Positions 19,229-29,142 of a stretch of 64,000 nt of DNA are shown here, in pieces. The position numbers and the translations under genes were made by a program. The notes beneath the pieces were generated by a model that was not told where the DNA came from, made no database searches, and saw nothing but the letters and a program-made list of their open reading frames with translations. The DNA comes from Candidatus Gottesmanbacteria bacterium (GTDB lineage: Bacteria; Patescibacteriota; Microgenomatia; UBA10105; UBA927): contig OY969569.1 in the NCBI GenBank assembly GCA_963701185.1, positions 549,486-613,485 of the forward strand, in the 5' to 3' direction. Position 1 is the first letter of the stretch. Each line of letters opens with the position of its first letter.

Positions 19229-20343
19229 AGTAGTTTCATTCGAGGATTATCGATATATTTTCGTCCAACTTTCGCAATTTCTTTTTTTCCAACTTTTACA
19301 ATATCTGCGGTAAAATCATTTTTACCATCAAACATTGCAGAACCAACAGCATACACATCTACTGGCGTATTTTTTTGCTCAAACCAAAGAATTTTTTCCT
19401 TATTAAATCCTCCAGAGGTAATAATTTTTACATGAACGAAGCCTTTTTTATTTAATGCCTCTCGTACCATTTTTACTAATGTAGGATTTACCCCGCGTAA
19501 CTCAGTTTTACTTTCAGAAGGTCTTTTAAGACTTTTGTCTACCATGTTTTCTGATGTATCCAATCGTATTCCCCACAATTTCCCTCCAAATTTTTCTGCG
19601 GCTTGTAGTGCAGTTCGAACACAGTCATTCTCAAAATCTACAAGTGCAATCAGGTGCCTTTTTGGAAAGTATTTAGCATATTGGCTGGTCGTTTCAATTG
19701 TATCGCCGTTATTAATAGCAATGAGTGCATGGGGTATTGTCCCCACTGCTTCACCTTTAAACCATTTACCCTGTGCTTGAGTACAAATATTTGTTACTCC
19801 TCCAATTCGCGCAGCGTAACCATCAGCCTCTTGATTAAGAAAGTAGTCAAACCTGTCTGCAAAAAATAATACGGGTTTTCCATTTGCCGCGGTAACTATC
19901 TTACTGGCATTTGTTGCAATACGGGTTTGTCTCGCCAATATCCCAAGATATAACGACTCTAAATGTGCAAAGTAGGAATAGGAGCCAGTTATATGCATAA
20001 CTGGCTCTCCTTTATTTATAATCTTTCCCTCAGGAAGTGTTTTTATTGCTAACGTGTCATATTTGGACACCCACATAGAATCTTCAAAATATCCTGTTCC
20101 AATCTTTAGAAGTTCTATTACTTGATTTATTCCACACAATGTTGCGTTGTTTTGTTTTTGGAAAATTTGCATGGTAACTGATTTAAGGTTATTCTCGTGG
20201 AGAAGAATTTCTTTTGTCCTATTGAAGTACACAGCAGAATAATATCCCTTTCGAATTTTTTTAATTGTTGAGTTATTCCAAATTTTCATAATAAGCGAAA
20301 CATAATTGAGTGGATAAGCAATTACCTTCACTGTACATGGCAA
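19225..20343 (-). CDS. Nicotinate phosphoribosyltransferase family protein.
   Basis: The blocks VGTIPHALIAI and GIRLDTS (GxRxDSG-like) match NAPRTase-family proteins. Confidence 0.7.
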   Translation of the reverse strand: MPCTVKVIAYPLNYVSLIMKIWNNSTIKKIRKGYYSAVYFNRTKEILLHENNLKSVTMQIFQKQNNATLCGINQVIELLKIGTGYFEDSMWVSKYDTLAIKTLPEGKIINKGEPVMHITGSYSYFAHLESLYLGILARQTRIATNASKIVTAANGKPVLFFADRFDYFLNQEADGYAARIGGVTNICTQAQGKWFKGEAVGTIPHALIAINNGDTIETTSQYAKYFPKRHLIALVDFENDCVRTALQAAEKFGGKLWGIRLDTSENMVDKSLKRPSESKTELRGVNPTLVKMVREALNKKGFVHVKIITSGGFNKEKILWFEQKNTPVDVYAVGSAMFDGKNDFTADIVKVGKKEIAKVGRKYIDNPRMKLL

Positions 20344-20391
20344 GTATTATATATCGACTTTCCGATATAAAAATGGCCAGTTTTTCTAATT

Positions 20392-21930
20392 TTATTTTTG
20401 TGAACGAAGAATAATCGCCGCGTGACGAAGCGCTTTAGTAAATTCTGCTGGATTTCTTAGCACTATATCAGCCGAACGTAAAAATTCAGGTGCATCTTTC
20501 GTCATATCAAGATTACCCTCAATACCAATAACAACGCCCCGTCTCATCTTGGTCACTTCTGCAATTGGTGTGTCTCCAAACCCATCCGCCACAAAACCCC
20601 AGGTTCCTTCTAGTTTTTCTGCTGCTATTCCCTTATGTATTATTTTTCCGTCTAATGTCCCTTTGATTCCAACTATAGCAAGATTTCCATTTTCTTCGCT
20701 TGGTTGCATTCGATAAAAGTTAACAGCGACATCTCTGTCATAACTAAGTCCATGTCGGTCTGCTATTGTTCGAAACACCGGTTCAAATATTGTAGAAACT
20801 ATCTCAGCGTCATGTGAAGTATCTTCATCATATTCAAACCAAAATGAAGATCTACAGTCTCCTTGCCATTGATAATTACCGGCACAGAAGGCAAATTTAC
20901 CTTTTTGTGTTGCTACTCGAACATCGTGCCACCTTGAAAGAAATCCCGCGTGATTTTCCAATACGCCCCGCATATTTTCCATGAATAGTCTATGGTTTGG
21001 GTGTCCGAGATATTCGATTGCACCGTGTTGGACTATTTTTTGACCCTCTTCTAAAATAGCCGGGCCGGAAAGTTGCAATCCTTGTTCACGTAAATAGTTT
21101 GTGACATGTATCCCTCTGCCTGTCGCAGGGCCAATTATTATCCCTTGAGCTTCAAGAAGCTGAAGTGTTGGGATAATATCAAGCGTGGTAAATCGAGGGT
21201 CATGAAGGCTATCTGCATGGAAAACTACTCCGTCCATATCCAAAAGTAATTGAGGTTGCGTTTGTGATATGAAATGATTAGCCAATAACTCACCCGCCCT
21301 TTTAACTATTGGCTCTCGTTGCGCTGCCTCTTTTTTGTCAGGAACTTGTTGAAACCGGTCAGTAGACATAAGGAGAAGTATATCAATATAGGCAGCTATT
21401 GCGGGGCCTACGAGATCGGTTATATCCTCGCCTGCCATCACTTTGGCTCGCACCTCCGTTGATGAAACAGCTACTTCATTTACTCCACTTATAGGAACCA
21501 TTCCCTTCAGTAAGTTTTCCATCGGATAATTTGGCCTTGGATAAACGTAAACAGTAAACTGTTCCAGCAGCTCACGGTACTTATACCATTTAGGGAAACT
21601 TGCAATGTTATCGCTGCCAATGACCCATGCAAATGTGTTGGAGGGCTGCGATTCCTCAAAATGTCTTAAAGTTTCATAAGAATAGCTTGTGGTTTCCTTT
21701 TCTAATTCATATTTTTCAATTCTAACTGGTTTTTCCCAAAAATCTTGAACAAAAAGTTGAAGCATCGCCAAACGATGATCCCCCTCAGTTAACGATTTAG
21801 AAAATGCATGTTTTCTTGCCGGGATTAACCATACTTCATCCGCGGTATATTTAGCAAGAAGGCCGGACACGATTTCTCGGTGACCGTTGTGAGGAGGGTT
21901 AAAGCTGGCACCCACAATCTCAATGTTCAT
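20392..21930 (-). CDS. nadD: Nicotinate/nicotinamide-mononucleotide adenylyltransferase fused to a C-terminal HAD-like hydrolase domain.
   Basis: N-terminal GASFNPPHNGH (HxGH nucleotidyltransferase), a C-terminal LLLDMDGVVF (DxDG HAD motif I), and later HAD blocks. Confidence 0.75.
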   Translation of the reverse strand: MNIEIVGASFNPPHNGHREIVSGLLAKYTADEVWLIPARKHAFSKSLTEGDHRLAMLQLFVQDFWEKPVRIEKYELEKETTSYSYETLRHFEESQPSNTFAWVIGSDNIASFPKWYKYRELLEQFTVYVYPRPNYPMENLLKGMVPISGVNEVAVSSTEVRAKVMAGEDITDLVGPAIAAYIDILLLMSTDRFQQVPDKKEAAQREPIVKRAGELLANHFISQTQPQLLLDMDGVVFHADSLHDPRFTTLDIIPTLQLLEAQGIIIGPATGRGIHVTNYLREQGLQLSGPAILEEGQKIVQHGAIEYLGHPNHRLFMENMRGVLENHAGFLSRWHDVRVATQKGKFAFCAGNYQWQGDCRSSFWFEYDEDTSHDAEIVSTIFEPVFRTIADRHGLSYDRDVAVNFYRMQPSEENGNLAIVGIKGTLDGKIIHKGIAAEKLEGTWGFVADGFGDTPIAEVTKMRRGVVIGIEGNLDMTKDAPEFLRSADIVLRNPAEFTKALRHAAIILRSQK

Positions 21931-22153
21931 TCTGGCATTATATCACTGTCTTATATTGCATAAGTTACGACACTTTTTAGACATTGCAGAGCAATGTCAG
22001 TCTTGAAATACGGTAAATCCGGTGTTCTCTCGCATGCATACCCAATCCTGAGTAGAATCAGAGGCCTCAAGGGGGTGATGCCTGTGATTGCTAGTCTACG
22101 GAAGTTTGATCATGAAGAGGTAGCAAAGGAACGGATGGAGGCCCTGCAAAGTA

Positions 22154-22762
22154 TTATCCCGCCAGCTGAAGAATTGCGGTTGAGGGAATTTCAAACCAGT
22201 AGGCCGGACCGCGCGATCCGTCATCTTTCGACGTATAGATAATAAGGAGCGTGCCGGATGCCCACCCCGTCGCCTCACGGATCGTGTACGGTATCTTTTT
22301 TTCCTTCCATACGGCACCGACATCGATCAATGATCCGCCTGTTGATTTCATCACAAGATAATCCGGCACTCCGCTGTTTATTTCCTCCAAAAATACGTAC
22401 GTATCCGTCGGATCCCAACTGTTGTCGGGAAGTTTCATAACACTACCGGCGGGCAGTGTTTTTTCAAATAATATTCTCCGATTTTCGCCGGATATATCTG
22501 CAACAATATATGAGTACAGTGTCATTCCGCCGGATTGAGGTATAACACGAAGTATTAATTGTTTATCCGCATGTGAGGAATGAACTGAAATTTCTGACGT
22601 TCCGCGCGCGGCTTTCGCAGTCACCGCAGGCGTTATCCCTGTTGATGCTTCCGCAGTTGTGGTATTTCGCCCTTGGTACCATATCGTCGTGACAACGGCG
22701 ATGGCGACAAGAAACACAAATACGAGGAATGATTTGAGAAGCGACTGTTCGTTTCTGTTCAT
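22154..22762 (-). CDS. Membrane-anchored hypothetical protein, starting at an internal Met.
   Basis: MNRNEQSLLKSFLVFVFLVAIAVV signal anchor. The upstream part of the long six-frame ORF looks non-protein-like. Confidence 0.45.
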   Translation of the reverse strand: MNRNEQSLLKSFLVFVFLVAIAVVTTIWYQGRNTTTAEASTGITPAVTAKAARGTSEISVHSSHADKQLILRVIPQSGGMTLYSYIVADISGENRRILFEKTLPAGSVMKLPDNSWDPTDTYVFLEEINSGVPDYLVMKSTGGSLIDVGAVWKEKKIPYTIREATGWASGTLLIIYTSKDDGSRGPAYWFEIPSTAILQLAG

Positions 22763-22781
22763 AGATCCAGTATACCATTGG

Positions 22782-23849
22782 CTAGACCCAAGACAACAGG
22801 AATATAAGCTGCAGCCAGTGGGTAACGCCGAGCGGCTGGAACGAGGCAAACACAAACCACGCGGCAAACACGATACACCGCAGCCGGTCGCGGGCCCAAA
22901 GCGCTTTCCCGCTGACAATACACCAGCCGGTAAACAGAATCAGCCCGACTATTCCGGACCACAATGTTACGTCTAAAAACAAATTGTGCGACCGATCGAC
23001 CATAAAATCGATAAGGCGGACGTTTATCTGTTGAAAAGCCCGGTTGTAGATTGCTTCGCCCGATTCCGCGCCATACCCCAAGACCGGCCGCAAAACCGCC
23101 TCCCGTACTCCTAATTGCCAAAACAATGAACGGCTTTCATATACGGACTGCGGGCGCACCTGTGTTAAGATTAATCCGATTCCGATGATGCCTAATACTG
23201 CCATGACTCGCCTCCCTGCCAGTCCAAGTGTAACGATGAGCGCCGTGGCGATACCAACTCGTGATCCTGTCGCCGCAATTGCAAATAGCGTGAGTATATA
23301 TAATAGTAACCGTACCCGTTTGGTGAAATCCGAAGAAGCGATCCAAAACAATCCGATCGCCAGAAATCCGGCAACGGCATTGGGCTCACCCAGTGTCCCC
23401 AACGGCCGGGCGGACCACCCGATAATTTTCTGCCATATAATAATGAAGCTTTCAATAACAATACCGCACGCAAGCAGGTTCTTCAGTGTCTGATGTTGTT
23501 TCAAAGACAACTCCCTGAGCATCAGCAATATCAGGAACACCGTAAAGAAAAATAATACGCCTTGGTGCCGGTAGCTGCCGCCGATTACGGAATCAAAAGG
23601 ATGAATCCCCGCGATACTTGCAATGAATAAAACCAACAGCCACAGAAGAAACCATGTCATCCCGGTATCGATCTTGGGGAACCTGGAATGAAGTATTCTC
23701 ATGATCCACCATACGGTAAGAAAAAATCCGCCTATCCACAACCAAAAAACTTTCGGCCCTTCATATGCGCCGTACATGACGATAAACGGAAACGCGGCAA
23801 GCCAAAGAATAGCGATACCCATGTAGATGTAGTATACAAGTACTTGCAT
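22782..23849 (-). CDS. O-antigen ligase / Wzy-like polymerase family polytopic membrane protein.
   Basis: More than ten TM helices and a periplasmic-loop motif GEPNAVAGFL...GSRVGI typical of the O-antigen ligase domain. Confidence 0.65.
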   Translation of the reverse strand: MQVLVYYIYMGIAILWLAAFPFIVMYGAYEGPKVFWLWIGGFFLTVWWIMRILHSRFPKIDTGMTWFLLWLLVLFIASIAGIHPFDSVIGGSYRHQGVLFFFTVFLILLMLRELSLKQHQTLKNLLACGIVIESFIIIWQKIIGWSARPLGTLGEPNAVAGFLAIGLFWIASSDFTKRVRLLLYILTLFAIAATGSRVGIATALIVTLGLAGRRVMAVLGIIGIGLILTQVRPQSVYESRSLFWQLGVREAVLRPVLGYGAESGEAIYNRAFQQINVRLIDFMVDRSHNLFLDVTLWSGIVGLILFTGWCIVSGKALWARDRLRCIVFAAWFVFASFQPLGVTHWLQLIFLLSWV

Positions 23850-23878
23850 TTATATTCCGCGTTCATTACGATAAGAAT

Positions 23879-25435
23879 GTGAAAACTTCGTGGATCAAAA
23901 TACTTTTTGCAGGTTTGTTACTTGCAGGACTTCCTATTTTCATCTGGGCAGTAGCGACGCAGCGAATTGAACTTCGCAAACGGGCAGCAACCGCAGAACC
24001 CACGGAAATCTGCTGGAGCCGCGTCGTCGTTTTCAACGATGCCTATAATTGGCCCAATAGCTGCAGGGGGAACCCGGGCGTTCAGGGGTGTATGGATGTT
24101 CTCGTCCCTCTGACAGCTGAAGAAATAACCGGGTACAATAGCTGGGTATCCGCAGGCAAACCGTATATCCCCGGCTGCGGATCGACCCCCAAGCCGACCG
24201 TACCGCCACCTACACCGACCTGCCAACCGAGACCGCCCTGCCTGGACGCAATACCCCGATGCTTGATGCCGGAAACGTCGGATATGTGTCCGCCGATAGA
24301 TCAAAATTCCTGTACGGGAGCTAAAGACGGAACATCCTGTGTCGATACGTGTGCGAGGGCTTGCCCGCCGGATGTAAAGTTTTGTACGGATCAGTGCACG
24401 ACACGAAACGGAGTCTGCATCGGCGGCCGGTGTGAAACATGGATTACGCCCACAATCACCCGGTATCCCACTCCGTCACTTTATCCGACGCTGACGCGGT
24501 ATCCCACTCCGACATATTATGTAACGCCGACACCGCCCCAAATGTTTACGCTCAGCGTCAACGGGGCAGTACCCGAACTTCTTCCAAATCAGGTTATGCC
24601 GCTTACCATAAACGTACAAGAGTACGATGGTTCAGCCGGTACACCAACCGAAGGTTTTAATGCGCAGGTGGCTGTTGACGTTTTACCGCTCGTTGGTACT
24701 ACGCCATCGGTCTTTAGTCAAAATGCTATCTTTAATCCAAACACACAGCGATGGGAAGTAACCGTTCCAAGACCGCAAAATGAAGGGACGTACCGACTTC
24801 AAGTACACGCATATTGCGCACAGGATAATAGTCTGTGTACAACGAGATACGGACGGAGTCGCCAACTTTCATGGGAGTATCAATTTAAAGCCGTGATTCC
24901 CCAACCGCAAAATCTTGCCTTTAAGGTAAAACTCGCGGGCGTCTCCGGCGCGGAGGCAAAAGGAGCGACAATAACGGTGAAGCTGAAACTCAAGGACGGC
25001 AGAGTTCTGCCGCTGGATAAACCATTGCTTCTGGAATCCGTCGGCAACGGCGTCTACACGGCAACCGCAACACTTACCAATCCTCTCCCTGCCGGTACTG
25101 CCCTGCGGGTTCTGGTCAAAGGAGAAAAACATTCGCAGGTCGTCTTCTGCCGGCAAGCAGGACAAACAGAACCATGCAATGACACGGAGTATATAACGCC
25201 GGTTTCGTACACATTTGATTTTACGAGCCGGCCGCTGCCTCCGGGTGACCTCAATCAGGACGGAAGAGTGAACACCGGCGATATCACGCTCATTACAGAA
25301 CTTTTTAAGAAACCAAGTTCGCAGCAGACTGCGCAGGATCTCAAAACCGCAGACGTGAATTACAGCGGAAAAGTCGATTCACTGGATTTGAGTCTTATTT
25401 TTCAAACACTGGAGACCAGATACGATGAACAATAA
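23879..25435 (+). CDS. Secreted Cys-rich protein with a C-terminal type-I dockerin module.
   Basis: Signal anchor, Pro/Thr linkers, and many Cys pairs. C-terminal duplicated Ca-binding segments DLNQDGRVNTGDITLI and DVNYSGKVDSLDLSLI (DxNxDGxVNxxD). Confidence 0.7.
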   Translation: MKTSWIKILFAGLLLAGLPIFIWAVATQRIELRKRAATAEPTEICWSRVVVFNDAYNWPNSCRGNPGVQGCMDVLVPLTAEEITGYNSWVSAGKPYIPGCGSTPKPTVPPPTPTCQPRPPCLDAIPRCLMPETSDMCPPIDQNSCTGAKDGTSCVDTCARACPPDVKFCTDQCTTRNGVCIGGRCETWITPTITRYPTPSLYPTLTRYPTPTYYVTPTPPQMFTLSVNGAVPELLPNQVMPLTINVQEYDGSAGTPTEGFNAQVAVDVLPLVGTTPSVFSQNAIFNPNTQRWEVTVPRPQNEGTYRLQVHAYCAQDNSLCTTRYGRSRQLSWEYQFKAVIPQPQNLAFKVKLAGVSGAEAKGATITVKLKLKDGRVLPLDKPLLLESVGNGVYTATATLTNPLPAGTALRVLVKGEKHSQVVFCRQAGQTEPCNDTEYITPVSYTFDFTSRPLPPGDLNQDGRVNTGDITLITELFKKPSSQQTAQDLKTADVNYSGKVDSLDLSLIFQTLETRYDEQ

Positions 25436-26606
25436 ACTGTTCTCATTCCTCACGGCATTCGCGTTCAGTTTTCTGGCGCTCGCGTATCCGGCCGCACACG
25501 CACAGGCGGCCCCAAGTCTTCTGTTTAATCCGACGAGCGCCGTCGTCGTACAAAACGACACGGTAACACTGACAATCGGCATCAATGTAGACGCCAACAC
25601 CGTAAAGACAAGCGACATCACGATCCAGTATGCCGCCAATGACCTGGACTTCGTATCAGCGACAAACGGAAATTTTTTCCCGTTCTTCGATCCCGCGCCT
25701 GACCCGGCGCATAATGTCCTTGAACTGCATGCATATACGACATCACCTATCGGGACGACCGGCAACGGCACCTATGCGACGGTTGTTTTTAAAGCGAAAA
25801 AAACTTCCGGGAGCAGTACCGTTTCATTTGACTGCGCGAATACGCATATTTACTCTACCGACCTTCAAAACGTTCTCTCCTCGTGTCCATCGCAAACGAA
25901 CATGGTTGCCCTGACGTACAGCGACGGCTCCGTGCCTACCCCCACACCGACGGTTGGAGCCGGCACGCCGACCCCCACCGCAACCCCGACGCCGACCTCC
26001 GGTGGCCAGGGAGGTACGAATACAATCCCCAGCTGTGTCACATTATCAAGCGATACTTCGATCGGCACCGGCACGCCGCTTACCGTACGGTTTACGTGTT
26101 CCGGCATGGACCCGGACGGCTATATCAATGCTGCGGAATTTACCTTCGGCGATAATACCCGCGATACAATTTATAAAAATGCGGGCAGTCCGGGATCTAT
26201 TTCCACGACACACACGTATACGACAATCGGCACGCTGGGCGCTACCTGCCGGGTGCGCGACAACAACAATGTTTTTTCCAATGCCACGAACGATTGTAAA
26301 AGGATTATCGTCATCAACCCGAAGCCCGCCAATACAGCTGCAACGTCGTATTACCAGCGCGTCATCGCCGGGGAAAAAGGAAATGTTATTCCGGTCGTTT
26401 CACCGACCCCCGAAGAAGTGGCAATCGTCTATGAAACACCTACACCCCCTGTCATCCCGACGCTCGCCCGCGAGCCTACCAAAAATCCTCTCGAAAATCT
26501 CATCTGGTGGATAGTGGGAATCTTTGTCGCAATCCTCCTGGCTATTTTACTTCTGCGTAAGAAAAAATCGCCCCCACCGCCGTATATACAACCACCAGCG
26601 GTTTAA
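25425..26606 (+). CDS. Cell-surface protein with a cohesin-like N-terminal domain, a PKD-like domain, and a C-terminal TM anchor.
   Basis: Signal peptide. VVVQNDTVTLTIGINVDANTVKTSDITIQYAANDLDFVSAT...GTYATVVFKAKKTSGSSTVSFD follows the cohesin beta-sandwich pattern. FTCSGMDPDGYINAAEFTFGDNT...HTYTTIGTLGATCRVRDNNN is PKD-like. C-terminal LIWWIVGIFVAILLAILLLRKKK. Confidence 0.55.
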   Translation: MNNKLFSFLTAFAFSFLALAYPAAHAQAAPSLLFNPTSAVVVQNDTVTLTIGINVDANTVKTSDITIQYAANDLDFVSATNGNFFPFFDPAPDPAHNVLELHAYTTSPIGTTGNGTYATVVFKAKKTSGSSTVSFDCANTHIYSTDLQNVLSSCPSQTNMVALTYSDGSVPTPTPTVGAGTPTPTATPTPTSGGQGGTNTIPSCVTLSSDTSIGTGTPLTVRFTCSGMDPDGYINAAEFTFGDNTRDTIYKNAGSPGSISTTHTYTTIGTLGATCRVRDNNNVFSNATNDCKRIIVINPKPANTAATSYYQRVIAGEKGNVIPVVSPTPEEVAIVYETPTPPVIPTLAREPTKNPLENLIWWIVGIFVAILLAILLLRKKKSPPPPYIQPPAV

Positions 26607-26617
26607 CCTCTCAATGT

Positions 26618-27355
26618 ATGCAATGCCCCGCAGGAGACGCCGAACTAACCAACCACACCACGCAAGGCGCAAACGGTCTGACGGTTTCCTATGCAACCTG
26701 CCCCACGTGCCGCGGGTACTGGATGGATTCGTTTTCCGCTAATTACATAACAACAAACAGTCTTGACGCATCAACAACAAAACCCATTGCGCCCGCGTAT
26801 CACTGTCCGGTTTGTACAAAACAGCTTGTCCGGTCTTCAGGCGCGAATATCCCCGACACAGTGTTCGTTTTTGATTGTCCTGCCCATCACGGCTATTTTT
26901 TTCCTACAGGACAACTTGCTGCATTCAAAAAAGCGCAGCAAACCAAAATCGAATACCACAAACTTTGGCAGATCCCCATGCCTAATGTTGCAAGTATTCT
27001 CCTGGGCAGTATCGTCCTTCTTCTTTTGTCCGGGGGACTCGCAGTAACCTTCCGGGCATTAGAGCAGCGCCAAACCAGCCAGTCGCAGGCAAAACAGATC
27101 CTTACGGGCCATGCAGTCTATACGTCTGCCGACCATACCGCGATACTCATCACGGCAACAACCGGCACGGATGCGGCACTCACGGTTCACATCCCGGCAC
27201 TTCATAATTTTACGGCTGTCCTGCAGTCCGAAAACAACCGGACGCACCAACTCACGATTCCAAACATCCCTCCCGGCACCTATCACTATTTCTTTACCAT
27301 TGCGGTATCAGGCAAAGAAATTCAATCAGACACATTTACATTTACCAATCCGTGA
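26618..27355 (+). CDS. Zinc-ribbon membrane protein, hypothetical.
   Basis: CPxC...CPVC...CPAHH Cys clusters at the N-terminus, one TM helix, and an extracytoplasmic tail. Confidence 0.5.
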   Translation: MQCPAGDAELTNHTTQGANGLTVSYATCPTCRGYWMDSFSANYITTNSLDASTTKPIAPAYHCPVCTKQLVRSSGANIPDTVFVFDCPAHHGYFFPTGQLAAFKKAQQTKIEYHKLWQIPMPNVASILLGSIVLLLLSGGLAVTFRALEQRQTSQSQAKQILTGHAVYTSADHTAILITATTGTDAALTVHIPALHNFTAVLQSENNRTHQLTIPNIPPGTYHYFFTIAVSGKEIQSDTFTFTNP

Positions 27356-28068
27356 CCAATAATACATATATGAAGAAATTTATCAGTTTTTTCGTATTAT
27401 TTCTGGCAACGTTTGTCCTTTTGCAATCCAAAAAACCGCACGTTCAAACAGAGCCGCTTGCAGATCCTCTTTCCCTTTCCAAACTCATTGCCGGTGAAAC
27501 GCTGCCGGAACCCACGGATGGACAGTATGGAATTTTTCACGGCATCGAAGCGCTTCCGCCGCGCCTTGCAAGCCTTCGTCAAACCAGCCGAATTTTAGGA
27601 GTGACATCTCCTACCAATAAACGCATTGAAGTGGATCTTGCAAAACAAAAAGTGTATGCGTACGAGGGCAATACCAAGATATTTGATTTTACCGTATCAA
27701 CCGGCAAATGGGGCCGTACGCCGACGGGTACCTTCCGCATCTGGGCCAAAGTGAGGAGTCAACTGATGTCCGGCGGCTCTCAGTCAGACGGCACGTATTA
27801 TTATCTGCCCAATGTCCCGTACGTGGAATTTTTTTACAACAGTGAAACCCCAAAATCCATGGGGTACAGCTTCCATGGCACATATTGGCACCATAACTTC
27901 GGCCATCCGATGAGCCACGGGTGCATCAACATGCGCACGGAAGACGCCGCAAAACTCTACGATTGGACGACGCCGGAAGTGACCAATCCGAAAGCCTGGA
28001 GCACGATCGCGACACGCGATAATCCCGGAACGGAAGTGGTTATCTACGGAAATCCTCCTGCGGAGTAG
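27352..28068 (+). CDS. L,D-transpeptidase (YkuD family).
   Basis: The catalytic block SHGCINM plus the conserved YAYEG / TG.W.TP upstream segment, and a signal anchor. Confidence 0.8.
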   Translation: MTNNTYMKKFISFFVLFLATFVLLQSKKPHVQTEPLADPLSLSKLIAGETLPEPTDGQYGIFHGIEALPPRLASLRQTSRILGVTSPTNKRIEVDLAKQKVYAYEGNTKIFDFTVSTGKWGRTPTGTFRIWAKVRSQLMSGGSQSDGTYYYLPNVPYVEFFYNSETPKSMGYSFHGTYWHHNFGHPMSHGCINMRTEDAAKLYDWTTPEVTNPKAWSTIATRDNPGTEVVIYGNPPAE

Positions 28069-28177
28069 TTCTTGATGTCATTCCCGCTTTGGGTTCACTT
28101 TTTGAATTAAATTCAACTTCCAATGTGTAAAACCTTTAATAAAATAGACATAATAATGACGAAGTCGCATAGACAAA

Positions 28178-28195
28178 ACCAATACCGATCCTCGC
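28178..28195. terminator. Hairpin CCTCGC-CTTC-GCGAGG, a possible bidirectional terminator between convergent genes.
   Basis: Perfect 6-bp GC stem seen directly. It lies between the L,D-transpeptidase (+) and galU (-) 3' ends, with a weak T-run on the minus strand. Confidence 0.35.
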
Positions 28196-28212
28196 CTTCG
28201 CGAGGATGACAA

Positions 28213-29100
28213 CTAAAGACGGAGGCTTTTGAGATATTCGCGGAAATCACCATTCAGATCTTTGTGCTGAAGCGCAAACTCAACGACGGTTTTGAGATAT
28301 TCCAATTTATTTCCCGTATCGTAGTATTTGGCATGCTCGACCTCGCAGGCATACACCGGACGGGATTTCATGAGGATTTTGATCGCGTCGGTGAGCCAGA
28401 CTTCTCCGCTTTTTCCGGGGCCTAACTTTTCCAGAATCGGGAAAATGTCCGGCGTTAAGACATAGCAACCATGAGCGGCTAAATTTCCCGGCGCTTCTTC
28501 ACGGCTCGGCTTTTCGATAAGCCGCTTGATCTGGCCGACGTTTTTTTCAACTTCCGTTATCTCGACAATACCGTACCGGGAGACGTCATCTTTCGGCACG
28601 CGGATTGCGGAAATAACCGGATCGCCGTATTTTTCAAATACCTCGATGCATTGTTTTGCCCGCGGCGGGTGGGCGTAAATAAACTCGTCGCCCCATATGG
28701 CCACAAACGGTTCATCACCGATCACCGATCTGGCGCAGAGTACGGGCGTTCCGTTACCGTACGGACCTTTCTGCCGGATGTAGATAAAGTTGGCAAGCTC
28801 GGCCGTTTTTTTGACCGATTCCAAAAGTTCCTCTTTTCCCTGATCTTTAAGCATTTGAATAAGTTCATTGGGATAATCAAAATGGTCTTCAATGGCGCGT
28901 TTGTGCCAGCCGGTGACAATAACGATATCCGTAATGCCGGAGGCAACCAGTTCTTCCACGACGTATTGAATGACGGGTTTATCCACGATCGGAAGCATTT
29001 CCTTGGGCATGGCCTTGGTCTGGGGAAGAAACCGCGTCCCGAAACCCGCCGCCGGAATCACTGCTTTTCGGATCGTCTGTTTATTCATGCGTACTCTCAA
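28213..29100 (-). CDS. galU: UTP--glucose-1-phosphate uridylyltransferase.
   Basis: KAVIPAAGFGTRFLPQTKAMPKEMLPIVDKP is the canonical GalU N-terminus (the true start is probably MNKQ at 29088). Confidence 0.85.
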   Translation of the reverse strand: MRVRMNKQTIRKAVIPAAGFGTRFLPQTKAMPKEMLPIVDKPVIQYVVEELVASGITDIVIVTGWHKRAIEDHFDYPNELIQMLKDQGKEELLESVKKTAELANFIYIRQKGPYGNGTPVLCARSVIGDEPFVAIWGDEFIYAHPPRAKQCIEVFEKYGDPVISAIRVPKDDVSRYGIVEITEVEKNVGQIKRLIEKPSREEAPGNLAAHGCYVLTPDIFPILEKLGPGKSGEVWLTDAIKILMKSRPVYACEVEHAKYYDTGNKLEYLKTVVEFALQHKDLNGDFREYLKSLRL

Positions 29101-29142
29101 TTGTATCGCTCCTGCAAGATGCTTGTCAATTTGCTATGATGA

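Noticed and set aside
21994-22242. 82-aa plus ORF.
   Set aside because: No motif. It lies in the promoter or 3' region between the nadD and 22154 genes. Weak. Not excluded, but unsupported.
25954-26514. 186-aa Arg/Pro-rich plus-strand ORF and neighbours (25630-25914, 25883-26155).
   Set aside because: Alternative frames of the cohesin-PKD gene in its Thr/Pro/Gly-rich linker region.
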